64,000 nucleotides of DNA from a virus, in IMG/VR virus record IMGVR_UViG_3300046534_001341, positions 12,846 to 76,845 of that record, one strand, 5' to 3'. Under the pieces are notes generated by a model, which did not search any database, had not been told where the DNA came from, and was given only the letters and a program-made list of their open reading frames with translations. Shown here one piece after another: positions 1-10,830 of this stretch. Numbering within the stretch: position 1 is the first letter of the stretch; the number at the start of each line of letters is the position of its first letter. The translations under genes were made by a program, and so were the position numbers.

Positions 1-100
1 CCAACCCACGAGACATCTGATCTGAGCTATTGGTCAGTAAGCTATTGGCAGCCGAGTTACTCGGTGCGTTCACGTTACGCCATGTGATAGGTGCTGCCAT
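1..100 (-). CDS. N4 gp51-like internal virion/ejection protein, 5' part only (runs off the window)
   Basis: ATG at 100 reads MAAPITWRNVNAP; PITWRNV start and position downstream of gp52-like gene match N4-like gp51. Confidence 0.65.
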   Translation of the reverse strand, partial: MAAPITWRNVNAPSNSAANSLLTNSSDQMSRGL

Positions 101-101
101 A

Positions 102-563
102 TTATGCCCCCACTACTCGTCCATTAGCACCACGAACACCCCGATCTTCTAGGTATTCCTCTTCGGTACCAAAATTCATATTACCGTTGCTCTTGGCAGA
201 ATCCGCAAGAACAGCGTATTTATCTGATAACTGGTTATTCACGAGACCTGCTTGAGTGTTGAAGTTTAGGCTAAACTGCTTCTTGTTCTCAGCAAGCTGA
301 TCCTTAGCCAAACCGTAATTCTTGTAACCCATATAAGCATTAGCCAAACCATTGAATGCTTGGACACCCCCCATGAAATTCTGGCCCATAGTGGAGCCCT
401 GACCAAAAGCTGGAGGCTGGTTGTTGTTGCCAAAATTCATTTCAGTGCCGGGGGCACCAAATGAGTTAGGGTCGATGTCCATAGGGTTCTGTGGTGTATC
501 CAGCCCCTGCACACCAAACATAGACTGTTGTGGTTGGTAGGTACTTCCGAAATTAAATTCCAT
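102..563 (-). CDS. N4 gp52-like small virion/ejection protein
   Basis: 153 aa, G/N/Q-rich, LAKDQLAENKKQFSLNF segment; synteny. Confidence 0.65.
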   Translation of the reverse strand: MEFNFGSTYQPQQSMFGVQGLDTPQNPMDIDPNSFGAPGTEMNFGNNNQPPAFGQGSTMGQNFMGGVQAFNGLANAYMGYKNYGLAKDQLAENKKQFSLNFNTQAGLVNNQLSDKYAVLADSAKSNGNMNFGTEEEYLEDRGVRGANGRVVGA

Positions 564-574
564 ATTTCATGTCC

Positions 575-2599
575 TCAAACATATTTATTAGATAAGTCAG
601 TGCCTTTTGGCAACTGAAGCGCACTGTCATGCCACCCACGAAGAGCATCAAAGCCGATCAATCCAGGGTTATTATGTAACGTCCTGAAGTAAAAAGCTTC
701 TGGTCCTTCCTCAGGCAACCACTTGTATTGGTGCTCCAACACATACAGCGGGTCAATATTACCGTTTGAGTCCAGTAGGTCTTGTGAGGCTACCAGTTGT
801 TCAGTCAGGCGTTCCTGCTCTTCTATTACCGTTTCTGATTCTGAGATGAGATCTTCCATCTTATCTTCATAGTAACCAGAAACACTTACTGTAACTGCCA
901 ACACAACCTGAAGTAATGTGATCGCTGTAGGCATGGTCGTAAGTACCATATCTAAGTTACCTGTAGATATGGCTACAATGGTAGCTATAGCGGCAAGTAT
1001 CAAAGCTAAATCACCACCGATCGTATTAACCAAAAAGTCTACAGCAATCTTGATTGCTATCTGGGTACCTACGTATACAAGTAACTCCCCTAAGGTAGCT
1101 ATCTCCGGTTGGAAAAAAACAATAGCTACAATGATCAGCACTATTTGTATTAGTTTAAAGAAAAGGGGGTCCTCATACCACTCCCAACTGGTTTTTACTA
1201 CAGCATGCACAACCATAACCATACAGTCATAATATAAATCAGCCCGCTCAAGGGTCTCTTCAGTAAAGCTATCAACCAATGACATAGCTAAAGGGATTAT
1301 AAACATAGCATCGTCTTTAAGACTACCATCAAGACCAGTAACTACAACCTTGTTGCTGTGAGGCCTACCCGTATGAACTAAACCATGTACTAATACTTGT
1401 TGATATTGGGTCGTATTTATCTGCTGCCTAAGTATGTACTCGCTAGTAGGGGAACTATTTTTAGGGAGTGTTGCAACATTTGTTCTTGTAGTGGTGCCAA
1501 TTGGTCCTAGGTTACCCTCCACAATCTGCACATCAATGTAGTTGTACTCAAATTGCATACGGGCATCACGATCTGCGATGGATATTTTGGTAGTGGGGCG
1601 ATGCACCAGAACCGTCCTCCTAGTGGTTTTAGCACCAACCTGCTTGGTAGAAAGCGATTCATCCCACAATTGCTTCGTGGATTTTGTTCTTACGGATAAA
1701 GTCAGGAAGTAATCGAATAAATACCTGAGAGTCGTTGGGGAATCTGATTGTATGTCAGCAGCAAACATAACCATTACATCATAAATATCATTTATGTCTG
1801 GGTTTTCCATTACGCTGTCTGTGATGCCCTGTAAATCCATACCCAAAGTACCCATCATTTTCTTAGAGGTGTTTAATAAGTCACCATCAAGGGTATCTAC
1901 CAAGTTTTCCTTATCGGATCTTAGAATAACAATAGGTAGGTACGTGCTGTCGCTGTACACACCAGTCGATACCCCCAACTCTGCATGAATCGCAAGCTTA
2001 GGGTTATACGACCAGTACAGAGGTGTCTGGCTAGCGTCGTTTGGCATGTAGTAGTGTACGTTGTAATGCTCATCATACAGCTCAGCACCGGGCACCGTGT
2101 AATTTCTACTTACGGGGGCTACCCCATCCAAGAAATTGATCGATATAGTACCAGCACCTCCTCTGAATTCAGCATCCACGTATTTAAGCACACCTGTAGG
2201 AACAAAATCAGGAGCCGCTACGATGAGTGTAGCTGGGTCCATACCTAAGTTATCCCTAAGATACTGGTGAGCTATGTGGTCCACCTCAGGGGTGTCTAAA
2301 GCAGCCTCAACTATATGGACAGGACTGCCTTCCTTGAGGTTTAGGATATCGAATATAGGTATCAATGGTACGAAGCCAACGGTCATATCTCCCTGAGGTA
2401 AACCAGGGGAATATTTATCTTTACCGTATTTGACGTATCGATCTACTGCATGGCTGAAGTTGGTACGTAAGGCTTGAATAACTGAGGTACCGGCGTCCTG
2501 TCCTTTCAGGATACCTTCGATGATATTTTCCTTCATTACATCAGGACTATCCTCGACCATACGTAAAGTCATTACTGCTACATCTGTTCGACTAGGCAT
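575..2599 (-). CDS. N4 gp53-like virion protein
   Basis: 674 aa with C-terminal hydrophobic helices and PEEGPEAFYFRTL end; synteny. Confidence 0.65.
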   Translation of the reverse strand: MPSRTDVAVMTLRMVEDSPDVMKENIIEGILKGQDAGTSVIQALRTNFSHAVDRYVKYGKDKYSPGLPQGDMTVGFVPLIPIFDILNLKEGSPVHIVEAALDTPEVDHIAHQYLRDNLGMDPATLIVAAPDFVPTGVLKYVDAEFRGGAGTISINFLDGVAPVSRNYTVPGAELYDEHYNVHYYMPNDASQTPLYWSYNPKLAIHAELGVSTGVYSDSTYLPIVILRSDKENLVDTLDGDLLNTSKKMMGTLGMDLQGITDSVMENPDINDIYDVMVMFAADIQSDSPTTLRYLFDYFLTLSVRTKSTKQLWDESLSTKQVGAKTTRRTVLVHRPTTKISIADRDARMQFEYNYIDVQIVEGNLGPIGTTTRTNVATLPKNSSPTSEYILRQQINTTQYQQVLVHGLVHTGRPHSNKVVVTGLDGSLKDDAMFIIPLAMSLVDSFTEETLERADLYYDCMVMVVHAVVKTSWEWYEDPLFFKLIQIVLIIVAIVFFQPEIATLGELLVYVGTQIAIKIAVDFLVNTIGGDLALILAAIATIVAISTGNLDMVLTTMPTAITLLQVVLAVTVSVSGYYEDKMEDLISESETVIEEQERLTEQLVASQDLLDSNGNIDPLYVLEHQYKWLPEEGPEAFYFRTLHNNPGLIGFDALRGWHDSALQLPKGTDLSNKYV

Positions 2600-2613
2600 G
2601 GACGAGATTCCTG

Positions 2614-3528
2614 TTATTCAGTGAAGGTATTATTTGTGGCGTTATTAATTGCAGTATCTATTATAGCCTTAATGCTAGGACCGTCCACACCATTGTCCCC
2701 TGGTAGGGATGCCGCAGAAGAATCTGAGAATCGAACTATCCAAGCATCGACCATCATCTTCATGACCTTCTGTTCAGAGTCACGTTGAAATCCTTTTGTT
2801 TGTTGTTCACGTAAACGATTCTCTTGGAAGATTACCCCACCACTAACATTAGATCGTGTACCACCATTCTCAACAGCACCTGTAGAGTCATACGTGTGTA
2901 CTGTGCTTGAAGTCTGAGCTTGTTCAGTAGCTCGCTTCTGTTGAAGCAATAACTTCTCAGAGGTAACCTTATTAAGTTGCTCATCGATAACCAGTTTAGT
3001 GGATGCAGAATTAATAGTCTTCTGTAATGTATCTGCTTTGCTGGCACCGATAACACCATCAACGATGTTATCCACGGATAAGAACTCACCCGTATCTAAA
3101 TCATAAGTAGGTACTGAGTCACTGGTCTGAGCTAATTCAGTAACAAATTTTTGCTTAATCAATCGCCCTTCAAGTTCGGCGTTGATGTTCTGCTGTGCAA
3201 ACAGCTCTTGCTGCAACGAAGCATTAATTATTTCCTGCTCGACCTTAATACGCTGCACATCAAGTAAGGCAGCTTGGTTAGCGGAGGATTGTTTGTTCAA
3301 TGCAAATTGAGTTGCCTGAGACATAACGGCTGTAGTCAACTCAATAAACACCTTGGCGTAATCAGGCCCACTTATCCGCTTACTCTGGTATGCCTTATCC
3401 ATACGGACTTGGACGGCATCCATCAGACCCTCAAACATACCGGCGTTAACGTCGGTCACATCAGTGATCTCAATAGGTTTGATCGAGACAGGTAGCTGGT
3501 CTACTGGTAAGGGGATAGGTAGTGGCAT
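2614..3528 (-). CDS. N4 gp54-like structural (tail) protein
   Basis: GMFEGLM...RISGPDYAKVF, coiled-coil, GFQRDSEQK; synteny. Confidence 0.7.
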   Translation of the reverse strand: MPLPIPLPVDQLPVSIKPIEITDVTDVNAGMFEGLMDAVQVRMDKAYQSKRISGPDYAKVFIELTTAVMSQATQFALNKQSSANQAALLDVQRIKVEQEIINASLQQELFAQQNINAELEGRLIKQKFVTELAQTSDSVPTYDLDTGEFLSVDNIVDGVIGASKADTLQKTINSASTKLVIDEQLNKVTSEKLLLQQKRATEQAQTSSTVHTYDSTGAVENGGTRSNVSGGVIFQENRLREQQTKGFQRDSEQKVMKMMVDAWIVRFSDSSAASLPGDNGVDGPSIKAIIDTAINNATNNTFTE

Positions 3529-3540
3529 AGGTTACTCCAA

Positions 3541-4143
3541 TTAGTCTTCTAGGTTGTTACGTTGCTTTTGGTCACGAGCCAAGGTGTCTAACTCTTTAGT
3601 GGTTAGTGGTTTAAGGACTCGAACTGAGAATTCCTTAACTAATTTACCTTTACGAACCTTGTTACCACGAGGGCCTTTAACTGTATGGAAAACCTGGCAC
3701 TGTGCCTCTTCGATATTGTCCAAGATGATCTTAGGTATGTGGAAACCTTCTTCTACATCAAAAGGAACAACCTTGGTGATGGTACCGATAACAGAGTTAC
3801 TTACAGAGAACATCTGAAATTCTTGTTCCTGCTTGCGGGGGTTCATACAGCTCACCACACAACGAACCAAACGAGTAGCTTCTTTGTGTAGGCGTGCACG
3901 ACGCTGTGGGGTGGTTTCTGCTTTAGGTGCTGGCTTTGTTGTTTGTACCGGAATTTCAACTATAGGAGCTTCTTCAGAGGGTTTAGGCTCCATAGCTTCT
4001 TTCACTAATAACTTCAACTTATCCAGCCCCATGGATGGGTGGTGGGATAGGCCTAGTGTTTTAGCACGGGCACGCAGCATTTCAATTTCAGTGGGTGCTT
4101 GTGCATCCAACTTATCTTGTTGTTCTTCAGTAACATCTACCAT
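3541..4143 (-). CDS. N4 gp55-like conserved protein
   Basis: LRARAKTLGLSHHP and RLVRCVVSCMNPRK motifs; directly downstream of capsid gene. Confidence 0.75.
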   Translation of the reverse strand: MVDVTEEQQDKLDAQAPTEIEMLRARAKTLGLSHHPSMGLDKLKLLVKEAMEPKPSEEAPIVEIPVQTTKPAPKAETTPQRRARLHKEATRLVRCVVSCMNPRKQEQEFQMFSVSNSVIGTITKVVPFDVEEGFHIPKIILDNIEEAQCQVFHTVKGPRGNKVRKGKLVKEFSVRVLKPLTTKELDTLARDQKQRNNLED

Positions 4144-4203
4144 GTTCTTTCCTCAATCCGATTTTTTAGTTAATTGATGTAGGAGGGGGAAACCTCCTAT
4201 ACC

Positions 4204-4226
4204 AAAAAAGCCACCCGAAGGTGGCT
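4204..4226 (-). terminator. Rho-independent terminator after major capsid gene
   Basis: minus strand AGCCACC-TTCG-GGTGGCT followed by T run. Confidence 0.85.
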
Positions 4227-4245
4227 GATTTAAACTACTTGATTA

Positions 4246-5682
4246 TTACCAAGTTGCAACGGTTTTAACCAGTGCGATACGTTCAGGACGTAAGGCCATG
4301 AAGCCGTAGTACCACTTGATTGACATAAAGCCTAGCTCGCCGTACGGATCATCACGAGAGTAAGCTTGTTCAGTTTCAGGCTTAACGTGCTTGATCTTGA
4401 ACTTAACAGTCTTACCATCAGTCTGGAAACCGATAGTAGTGAAAGATGCATCACCAACAACCAACATTGGGAATACATCGTATTTACCACCAGTTTCACG
4501 GTAACCGTCGTTACTAGAAACAGTTGCGCCAGCAGCAGACCAATGCATCATTTCAGGAACAACCACGATACGGAACTGATCGATTGAACCAATCTCACCT
4601 TCAAGAAGGGTAGTCGCGTTACCGTACTGACGAACTGGAATGAACGCCTGGTTACCGAAAGTATCAAGCATGGCTTTAACCATAGGCTCTAACTCGTTAC
4701 CGATGTACATGATACGAGCAGAGTCGATAGTCTTAGTATCAACCATTCGAGTACCAGTGATGATCTTGGTGTTCTTAGGGCAGCGGTTGTTATCCAAGTC
4801 GATTGATAGACGCATCAGATCGCCGTAAGTAGGAAGGGAAGCAACGCTACCATTCTCACCAGTAAGAGTAGAGGTAGTAGTGGCTTCACCACCGAAACGA
4901 ATAACACCAGCAGCATTCAATAAATCGATCTGCAAAGCATCTTCAGTCATTTCACTAGCGCCAAGAACCATCTCACGAGTTACGTGCATGTCCAATTCAG
5001 CGTCAGTATCAAAGTCCAAAGACTCTTTGGTGTATTCATCGAAGAAACCGAACTTCTCAAGGTTGCCCTCGATTTGCTTACGTGTGAAACCAACGCGGTT
5101 AACACGACCACCAGTTTCAGACAGGGCAGGCATCTTGGCAGCGATTGTGCCAACATCCTTACTTGAGCCGTATAAGTTACCTGATTCAGGGACTACGGTT
5201 GCAGTCTGCGCTTCAGTCGTATCGATAACCCAAGCTGGGTCACGAGCTTCAAGGATCGCTTTGACTTTAGTGATGCTGTCATTAGCAGATACGGTGATGT
5301 CCAAACCAGACATCTGACCAACCACAATCAAGGCAGCGGCATTCGTAGCTGCGATAGCTGCGGCAGCGTTGGCACCTTCACGCATAACGTATTCAGTGGT
5401 GTACTGATTGTCTTCGGCTTCATCAGGACGACTGATGCCAATGGTTGCTGACATCACAGTAGAGGCGCCGTTGGCATCAATACCCTGATCGTTAATGTTG
5501 GCATCATCCAGCAAAGGTAGGTAGATATATTGAACGATCTTCTTACCCATGTTTTTAGGCATGGAGATTGTGTCGGCTAACTGACCGAAGAACTGCTTCT
5601 TCTTCGCTTCAATGAGAGCCTTTTTGTTATAAAAGTCAACGCGAAACTGCGCGCCGATCGGGTCGCTATACTGCATAGTCAT
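4246..5682 (-). CDS. Major capsid protein (N4 gp56 family) with ~90-aa insertion
   Basis: MPKNMGKKI, QGIDANG, GNLYGSSKD, ETGGRVNRVGF, DPYGELGFMSIKWYYG motifs. Confidence 0.95.
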   Translation of the reverse strand: MTMQYSDPIGAQFRVDFYNKKALIEAKKKQFFGQLADTISMPKNMGKKIVQYIYLPLLDDANINDQGIDANGASTVMSATIGISRPDEAEDNQYTTEYVMREGANAAAAIAATNAAALIVVGQMSGLDITVSANDSITKVKAILEARDPAWVIDTTEAQTATVVPESGNLYGSSKDVGTIAAKMPALSETGGRVNRVGFTRKQIEGNLEKFGFFDEYTKESLDFDTDAELDMHVTREMVLGASEMTEDALQIDLLNAAGVIRFGGEATTTSTLTGENGSVASLPTYGDLMRLSIDLDNNRCPKNTKIITGTRMVDTKTIDSARIMYIGNELEPMVKAMLDTFGNQAFIPVRQYGNATTLLEGEIGSIDQFRIVVVPEMMHWSAAGATVSSNDGYRETGGKYDVFPMLVVGDASFTTIGFQTDGKTVKFKIKHVKPETEQAYSRDDPYGELGFMSIKWYYGFMALRPERIALVKTVATW

Positions 5683-5715
5683 GATTTTGTGCTCCTAATG
5701 GATTACAGGGTTGGG

Positions 5716-6852
5716 TTAAAACTTGTTGCCCATAGCCAGAATCTCCTCATCTGTCGCATTAAGCGGATCAAACGGAGCAGACTTCTTGCTACCAGGCGAA
5801 CTCTTTGTCGAGCCAGCGGCTCGCTTCTTGTCTTTAAGTACTTTTGGGTCTACAGCTTTCTTAGCGGCTGGCTTCTTAGCAGGGGCTGTTTGTTGCCCTG
5901 TGAACATATTGTTCTTCTGCATGTGATTACCAACCTGCTGATAAGCTTCAATATCAGAAACACCTTTCAACCGCCCCAACATCCTTTCTTTATCAATCAC
6001 TGTTTGAACCTGTGCATACGTACCGTTCTCGATATGTGCATTGATGGTTCCAATGATTGAAGGATCTGCAACGATGGCTTCTTTACTGGACTTGTCCCAC
6101 TTAGTGCTTACGACTTTGAGAGTTTCTTGGTAGCTGCTTGTTCCTTCGATTGCGTCAAAGGCAGCGTCAAGTTCTACTTCTTGGTCACCAACATTGTAAG
6201 TTTTAGGCTTATAAGAATCCCCCGCACCTTCGTTACTAGATTCAAGTGGGTCGTAACCGCTTTCCTTGATCAGTGCTGCGATGGCTGCAGGGTCTTTCTT
6301 ATCCAGATCAATCAACCGGTTTATTTTGTCTTCACTCAACAAACCGTTGTTGTCTAACATCTTCATCATACGAAGGTGCGGGGCCAGGCCCGTCATCTTC
6401 TTACCGTAGTTTGCTCCCATTTGCATAAGTTGTAGGGCTTCATCCACATTCTCTATGCTGATGTCCTTCCCATTTGCTTTGAAAGTACGGAGTCTTTCAG
6501 GCAATAGTTCTACTTCTTTTTCAGGAGTATCTACTACTTCTCCCTCTGCGTCTACCTCAGCGTCTTTATCTTCATCTGAAGTATCTACACCACCTTCATC
6601 CGTAACGTCGTCAGAGGCATCCTTATCAACCTCTGTGCCGTCATCTGAAGAGGCATCATCATTATTATCAGGGCTGGTTGAAAGGTCGTCATCAAGATCA
6701 CCGGCAGGAGTATCATCTTCCCCTTCCCCTTCCGGGGCCGGGGCCGGGGCCGGGTCTTCTATACCCGGTAGTTCCATTTCCATGAAGTCTTCATCCGACA
6801 TGTCTAGGGATTCAAGGCTAGCACCTTCAGCGGCTACAGTATTTACAGACAT
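5716..6852 (-). CDS. N4 gp57-like protein (acidic N-terminus, probable scaffold)
   Basis: FKANGKDI...LMQMGANYGKKM motif; D/E-rich N-terminus. Confidence 0.8.
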   Translation of the reverse strand: MSVNTVAAEGASLESLDMSDEDFMEMELPGIEDPAPAPAPEGEGEDDTPAGDLDDDLSTSPDNNDDASSDDGTEVDKDASDDVTDEGGVDTSDEDKDAEVDAEGEVVDTPEKEVELLPERLRTFKANGKDISIENVDEALQLMQMGANYGKKMTGLAPHLRMMKMLDNNGLLSEDKINRLIDLDKKDPAAIAALIKESGYDPLESSNEGAGDSYKPKTYNVGDQEVELDAAFDAIEGTSSYQETLKVVSTKWDKSSKEAIVADPSIIGTINAHIENGTYAQVQTVIDKERMLGRLKGVSDIEAYQQVGNHMQKNNMFTGQQTAPAKKPAAKKAVDPKVLKDKKRAAGSTKSSPGSKKSAPFDPLNATDEEILAMGNKF

Positions 6853-6853
6853 A

Positions 6854-7192
6854 TTACTGACCCTCTTCTTCAGCTATTTCATCACGGGTAATTTCATCCG
6901 CTTTCAATGAACGCTCTAACTGCTGGCCCTGTATGGAGATTGTAGAGAAGTACTGGCGTAGGTATGCAATAGCATCAATCTCACGCATAAGGCCTGACTG
7001 GTGCTCAGGGGTCTGCATCTGGGGTGCGCCACGTAGTAATACTAATCGGGATGCCTCATCAGAAAAGTAACCAGTATCGATTACCGTCTGGAAGTCTTTG
7101 TTCTTACTTAAACGAGAAAGGGCAGCGTTTTTAGCGATGCCCTTTTTTGCGGATTCAATTGAGATTTCGATTGCTTGTGATTCTTGTGACAT
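6854..7192 (-). CDS. N4 gp58-like protein
   Basis: 112 aa, NKDFQTVIDTGYF; between portal and gp57-like gene. Confidence 0.75.
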   Translation of the reverse strand: MSQESQAIEISIESAKKGIAKNAALSRLSKNKDFQTVIDTGYFSDEASRLVLLRGAPQMQTPEHQSGLMREIDAIAYLRQYFSTISIQGQQLERSLKADEITRDEIAEEEGQ

Positions 7193-7262
7193 GGTATAGC
7201 CTCGTGTCCTGACCTTTCGGTTCAGATAGTGGTGGGGGCAAAATGCCCCCTAGTTTTGCTGA

Positions 7263-9422
7263 TTACTCAGCGGATTTCTTTACAGCTTTCTTGTCTTCAA
7301 GGCGTTCTTTCATTGCCCCTTGTACAAGATCACGTTCAATATTTGATGCAGCTTGTTCTCCTGCCAGCTCTAAGCTTCTAGCCTGCTTCACACCCGATTC
7401 AGTTTCAACATAATCCAAATCTTTCAGATCTGCTGTACTTCCAATCTCACGGGCCTTAGCTTGGTCTAACATAGCGTTGGCTTGATTCTCTGGACCCTTA
7501 GACATCTCTGTCTGGATCTGAGCTTTCAATAACTGGATCTCTAACATGGCTTTCTCTTGAGCCACTGGATCTGGTTTAGGCTCAAACTTAGCGAGTTTAC
7601 GTGCTAGGTGCGGCATCTTACGCAATGTAGCTATCTCTGCCAAGATTAATTTTCGTAGGCCTGGATCTTCAGATGGCCCAAGTGTCTGCAACATGAAGGC
7701 CAACTCTTGTGCTTTCTGCTCATCAGCTTCTGGAGTAGAGATCGTCAAACGAAGGTCAAAGTTCTCAGTCAACTGGTCGCGACGTATGACCACAAACTCT
7801 TCAGCCGTAATACGAACAGTCTCTTCCTCTGACAAGAATTCCCCATTCATTGAGGCGATCATCAAACCTGTTTGGCGGATACCTTCACCTAGTCTAAGTA
7901 GGATGTCGAACTCTCGCTTGGCAGCAGCATCAAGGGCAGACTTACCTAAACCAGTACTCTCACCTAACGAAGCGCCTGTGATACCAGAGCTGAATGCCTT
8001 GATACCTGTAAGGCTGTCAGCGTCTGCAAACTGCATATTAAGCATGAGGCTGGCTGATTGTGGGAACTCAGGATAAGTGTGCTGGAAGAAGGCCATACGA
8101 GGGTCTATGGCACCATTGTACTCATAATCCTCACCAGCGTCGAACTTACGTTTGTTGGTGATATCTAATGCATCCTTACGAGTACCCATCTGGCCATTGG
8201 CACTTTTACCAAGTAGATCCACCATACCACGAGTAACAGCACCTACGATCGCCTGATTTTCAACAAGCAGGGCGCCGTCAGGCTCACCGTATATTGAGCG
8301 TCGAATAGGTAAGTAAGGTACCGATACGAATGGTAGCTTCTTATTCGGGAAAGGATTCTCCTCCATTCGGATAAGGGTGTCACCTACCCATGTAGCAACA
8401 ATCGGTTTAGTAATACCTGAACCATCGATATCGTAGTAACCCCAATACTCGTAAGCCACAAACTTCTTACGGGCGTCATCATCGAAACCAAAGGTCTCAT
8501 CGTCGTCACTCTCATGGTCTGGAGTCGATAGAACTGAGTTAGCCTCGATACTTATCTTATCCAGGTTCTTGTAGATACCTGCCTTCTTGAGGTTAGATTT
8601 GGATGTCTCAAAGCTGTAGATAATAAACTCAGCCTTATCCAAATCACCCTTACAAGTAGGGTCTATAATTACGTTACGGTTGTCACACACCTCAACGGTA
8701 GGTTTGTTTACTGTAGTACGGAACTCAGATTGCTCCTCCTCACCAACCTCCACAGCAGTGTGTAATTGTCCGGTACGCATAGTGAACTCAAAAGCCTCAC
8801 GTATCTCCTCAGGTAATTGCTCATAAGCTAGTGGGTCATTTTGTGATAAAGCACCCGTGATTTGATGTTGGCGTGCATGCTTAGGCTCATTAGATTGATG
8901 TATCTCAAAGATCGGGACCATGAATTTATCTTCTATTTCTTGGAAGTCCCAGCCGGTACGCACAATAACCGTACCTTCATCAACTAGAGTGCGTACATAG
9001 TCATTGATAAACTTGATTTTCTGCAACTGGTTATTGAACTGGTGGTTTAGCAACAAACCATTTTGAACAGATGAGTCTTTATCCTCCGAGGTCATAGGCT
9101 CAGCATTGTACAAATCATCAGTGCTTAGGAATGGTTGACTTAAGGCAGAGTAACGCCACTCAGCATGTTTACGTATTAGTTTGGGCTGCACAGAGGATTG
9201 TTTTTTGCTGGTCTTTATCTTAGCTGATCCAGTGACATTCAGGTTATCAAGCCATGTACGTATCTTAGACATCTGGGTGTCGTGACCTGATTTGGCCTCT
9301 GACAGGTCAGCCTTCAAATCTTTTAAGGTAGGTTCTTTTTCCCAGTCGGTAAGTTCATTGGGGTTATCAATATCATCCACCTCAATACGATCATCGGTCT
9401 CTGTAGTCTCATTCTCTGACAT
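7263..9422 (-). CDS. Portal protein (N4 gp59 family)
   Basis: LTDWEKEPTL, VQPKLIRKHAEWRY, KAQELAFMLQTLG motifs. Confidence 0.95.
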   Translation of the reverse strand: MSENETTETDDRIEVDDIDNPNELTDWEKEPTLKDLKADLSEAKSGHDTQMSKIRTWLDNLNVTGSAKIKTSKKQSSVQPKLIRKHAEWRYSALSQPFLSTDDLYNAEPMTSEDKDSSVQNGLLLNHQFNNQLQKIKFINDYVRTLVDEGTVIVRTGWDFQEIEDKFMVPIFEIHQSNEPKHARQHQITGALSQNDPLAYEQLPEEIREAFEFTMRTGQLHTAVEVGEEEQSEFRTTVNKPTVEVCDNRNVIIDPTCKGDLDKAEFIIYSFETSKSNLKKAGIYKNLDKISIEANSVLSTPDHESDDDETFGFDDDARKKFVAYEYWGYYDIDGSGITKPIVATWVGDTLIRMEENPFPNKKLPFVSVPYLPIRRSIYGEPDGALLVENQAIVGAVTRGMVDLLGKSANGQMGTRKDALDITNKRKFDAGEDYEYNGAIDPRMAFFQHTYPEFPQSASLMLNMQFADADSLTGIKAFSSGITGASLGESTGLGKSALDAAAKREFDILLRLGEGIRQTGLMIASMNGEFLSEEETVRITAEEFVVIRRDQLTENFDLRLTISTPEADEQKAQELAFMLQTLGPSEDPGLRKLILAEIATLRKMPHLARKLAKFEPKPDPVAQEKAMLEIQLLKAQIQTEMSKGPENQANAMLDQAKAREIGSTADLKDLDYVETESGVKQARSLELAGEQAASNIERDLVQGAMKERLEDKKAVKKSAE

Positions 9423-9540
9423 GGGGGGTATCCGTATTATGTTAATAAGTAAAGGTAGGTGGGGATGGTATTATAAATTGTGAACTGTGGCAAAGGTATA
9501 TACTATATGCGCTTTTCCACACTTCGATACAGGAACCTAT

Positions 9541-10101
9541 ATGGCAATCCCTATTCTGTTAGGCATCACTGGTAAAAAGAGATCAGGCAAAGGCACCATA
9601 ACCGCCTACTTACAAAAAACCTATGGCTTCAAAGAATACCACTTCTCCAAACCAATCAAAGAAGGCCTCATGGCCATGTTCGGCCTAACTCGCGACCAAG
9701 TATACAAAGGTGATCGTAACGAAATCATACCTGGTTTAGGTATGTCCATACGTGACCTGATGACATCCTTGGCTAATGACTGGGGGCACGACATGGTTAC
9801 CCCTGACATCTGGTTGTTGCCTGCTAAAGTTCAGATAATGACCCATAAAGAATTAGGTACCTTATTGCTTATATCTGATGTGCGTCGTGACAATGAAGCC
9901 GAGTTAATCCATGATGCTGATGGCCTTATCTTAGAAGTAACCTCCCGACACACTAATAAGATTAGGCCTGATCATAAAATTGAAAGTGGTATAAGCTCTC
10001 ATCTTATTGACGAGACTGTTCATTGGTCTGGTACGTATGCTTACCGTGAGGAGTTGTATATTAAACTAGATAAGTTCATGGCCACCATCAGGAGAGACTA
10101 A
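9541..10101 (+). CDS. Deoxynucleoside monophosphate kinase
   Basis: GITGKKRSGK P-loop, FSKPIKE, ISDVRRDNEA, HKIESG. Confidence 0.85.
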   Translation: MAIPILLGITGKKRSGKGTITAYLQKTYGFKEYHFSKPIKEGLMAMFGLTRDQVYKGDRNEIIPGLGMSIRDLMTSLANDWGHDMVTPDIWLLPAKVQIMTHKELGTLLLISDVRRDNEAELIHDADGLILEVTSRHTNKIRPDHKIESGISSHLIDETVHWSGTYAYREELYIKLDKFMATIRRD

Positions 10102-10544
10102 TGAGTCGTAACTATAAATTCAGTAACAGAAGTCAAAGCATCATAAATAGCACCCATACAGTTATGCAGCGTTTGTGCCAAGAGGCTTTGTTCATAGCCA
10201 ACGCACGCAAACTACATTGTCCAGATTTCGGCATTAGTCGTGGGCGATCTACCACTGAAGAGCAGGCAGCTTTATATACTAAAGGTCGTACCAACCCTGG
10301 AGCCATAGTCACTAACTGTGATGGTATCAAGAATCGGTCAGTTCATCAGGACGCACTGGCTATCGATTTTTATGGTTACGTGGATGGTAAGACTGATTAT
10401 TCGGATGGAGTGATTGCGCTCATTGCCACCTGCTTCATGGAGGCAGCTAGCAACTTACGCATTAACATTGACTGGGGTGGTAGTTTTAAATCAATCAGTG
10501 ACGGGGCACATATTGAAGTGATCTTATGGGATGAACCTAACTAG
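10101..10544 (+). CDS. Endolysin, M15 family L-Ala-D-Glu peptidase
   Basis: QAALYTKGRT, SVHQDALAIDF (SxHxxxxAxD), WGGSF..DGAHIE. Confidence 0.85.
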   Translation: MSRNYKFSNRSQSIINSTHTVMQRLCQEALFIANARKLHCPDFGISRGRSTTEEQAALYTKGRTNPGAIVTNCDGIKNRSVHQDALAIDFYGYVDGKTDYSDGVIALIATCFMEAASNLRINIDWGGSFKSISDGAHIEVILWDEPN

Positions 10545-10830
10545 GTCCTAGACCACTCAAATATTTCTTATCAATGTTGCATATCTCGATCTCTTGTACC
10601 GAGGACTTGTAAGCGTTGATAAGAGATTCATTTACGTACACCCCCCCTATTTTTTCTAAAATTGGCACCTTGTGTTGAACCAATCTATTTATGGGTAGCG
10701 ACATCGTACGATACTCAGTCTTCATCACTGGCTTGCAAGATGAGAATAAGCCCGTCGGGAATCTCGGCCCGAAGATAACTAGCAACAACAGTATCGCTAT
10801 TGCGTAATTTTTCCATTTCGATTGCTTTAG
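10537..10830 (-). CDS. Probable o-spanin lipoprotein (start uncertain; overlaps i-spanin)
   Basis: hydrophobic stretch plus LFSSC lipobox-like site; C-terminal CNIDK; overlapped Rz/Rz1 layout. Confidence 0.6.
   Translation of the reverse strand, partial: LKQSKWKNYAIAILLLLVIFGPRFPTGLFSSCKPVMKTEYRTMSLPINRLVQHKVPILEKIGGVYVNESLINAYKSSVQEIEICNIDKKYLSGLGPS

Noticed and set aside
6733-6753. GGGGCC hexamer repeat
   Set aside because: Simply encodes a PAPAPAP linker in the gp57-like protein
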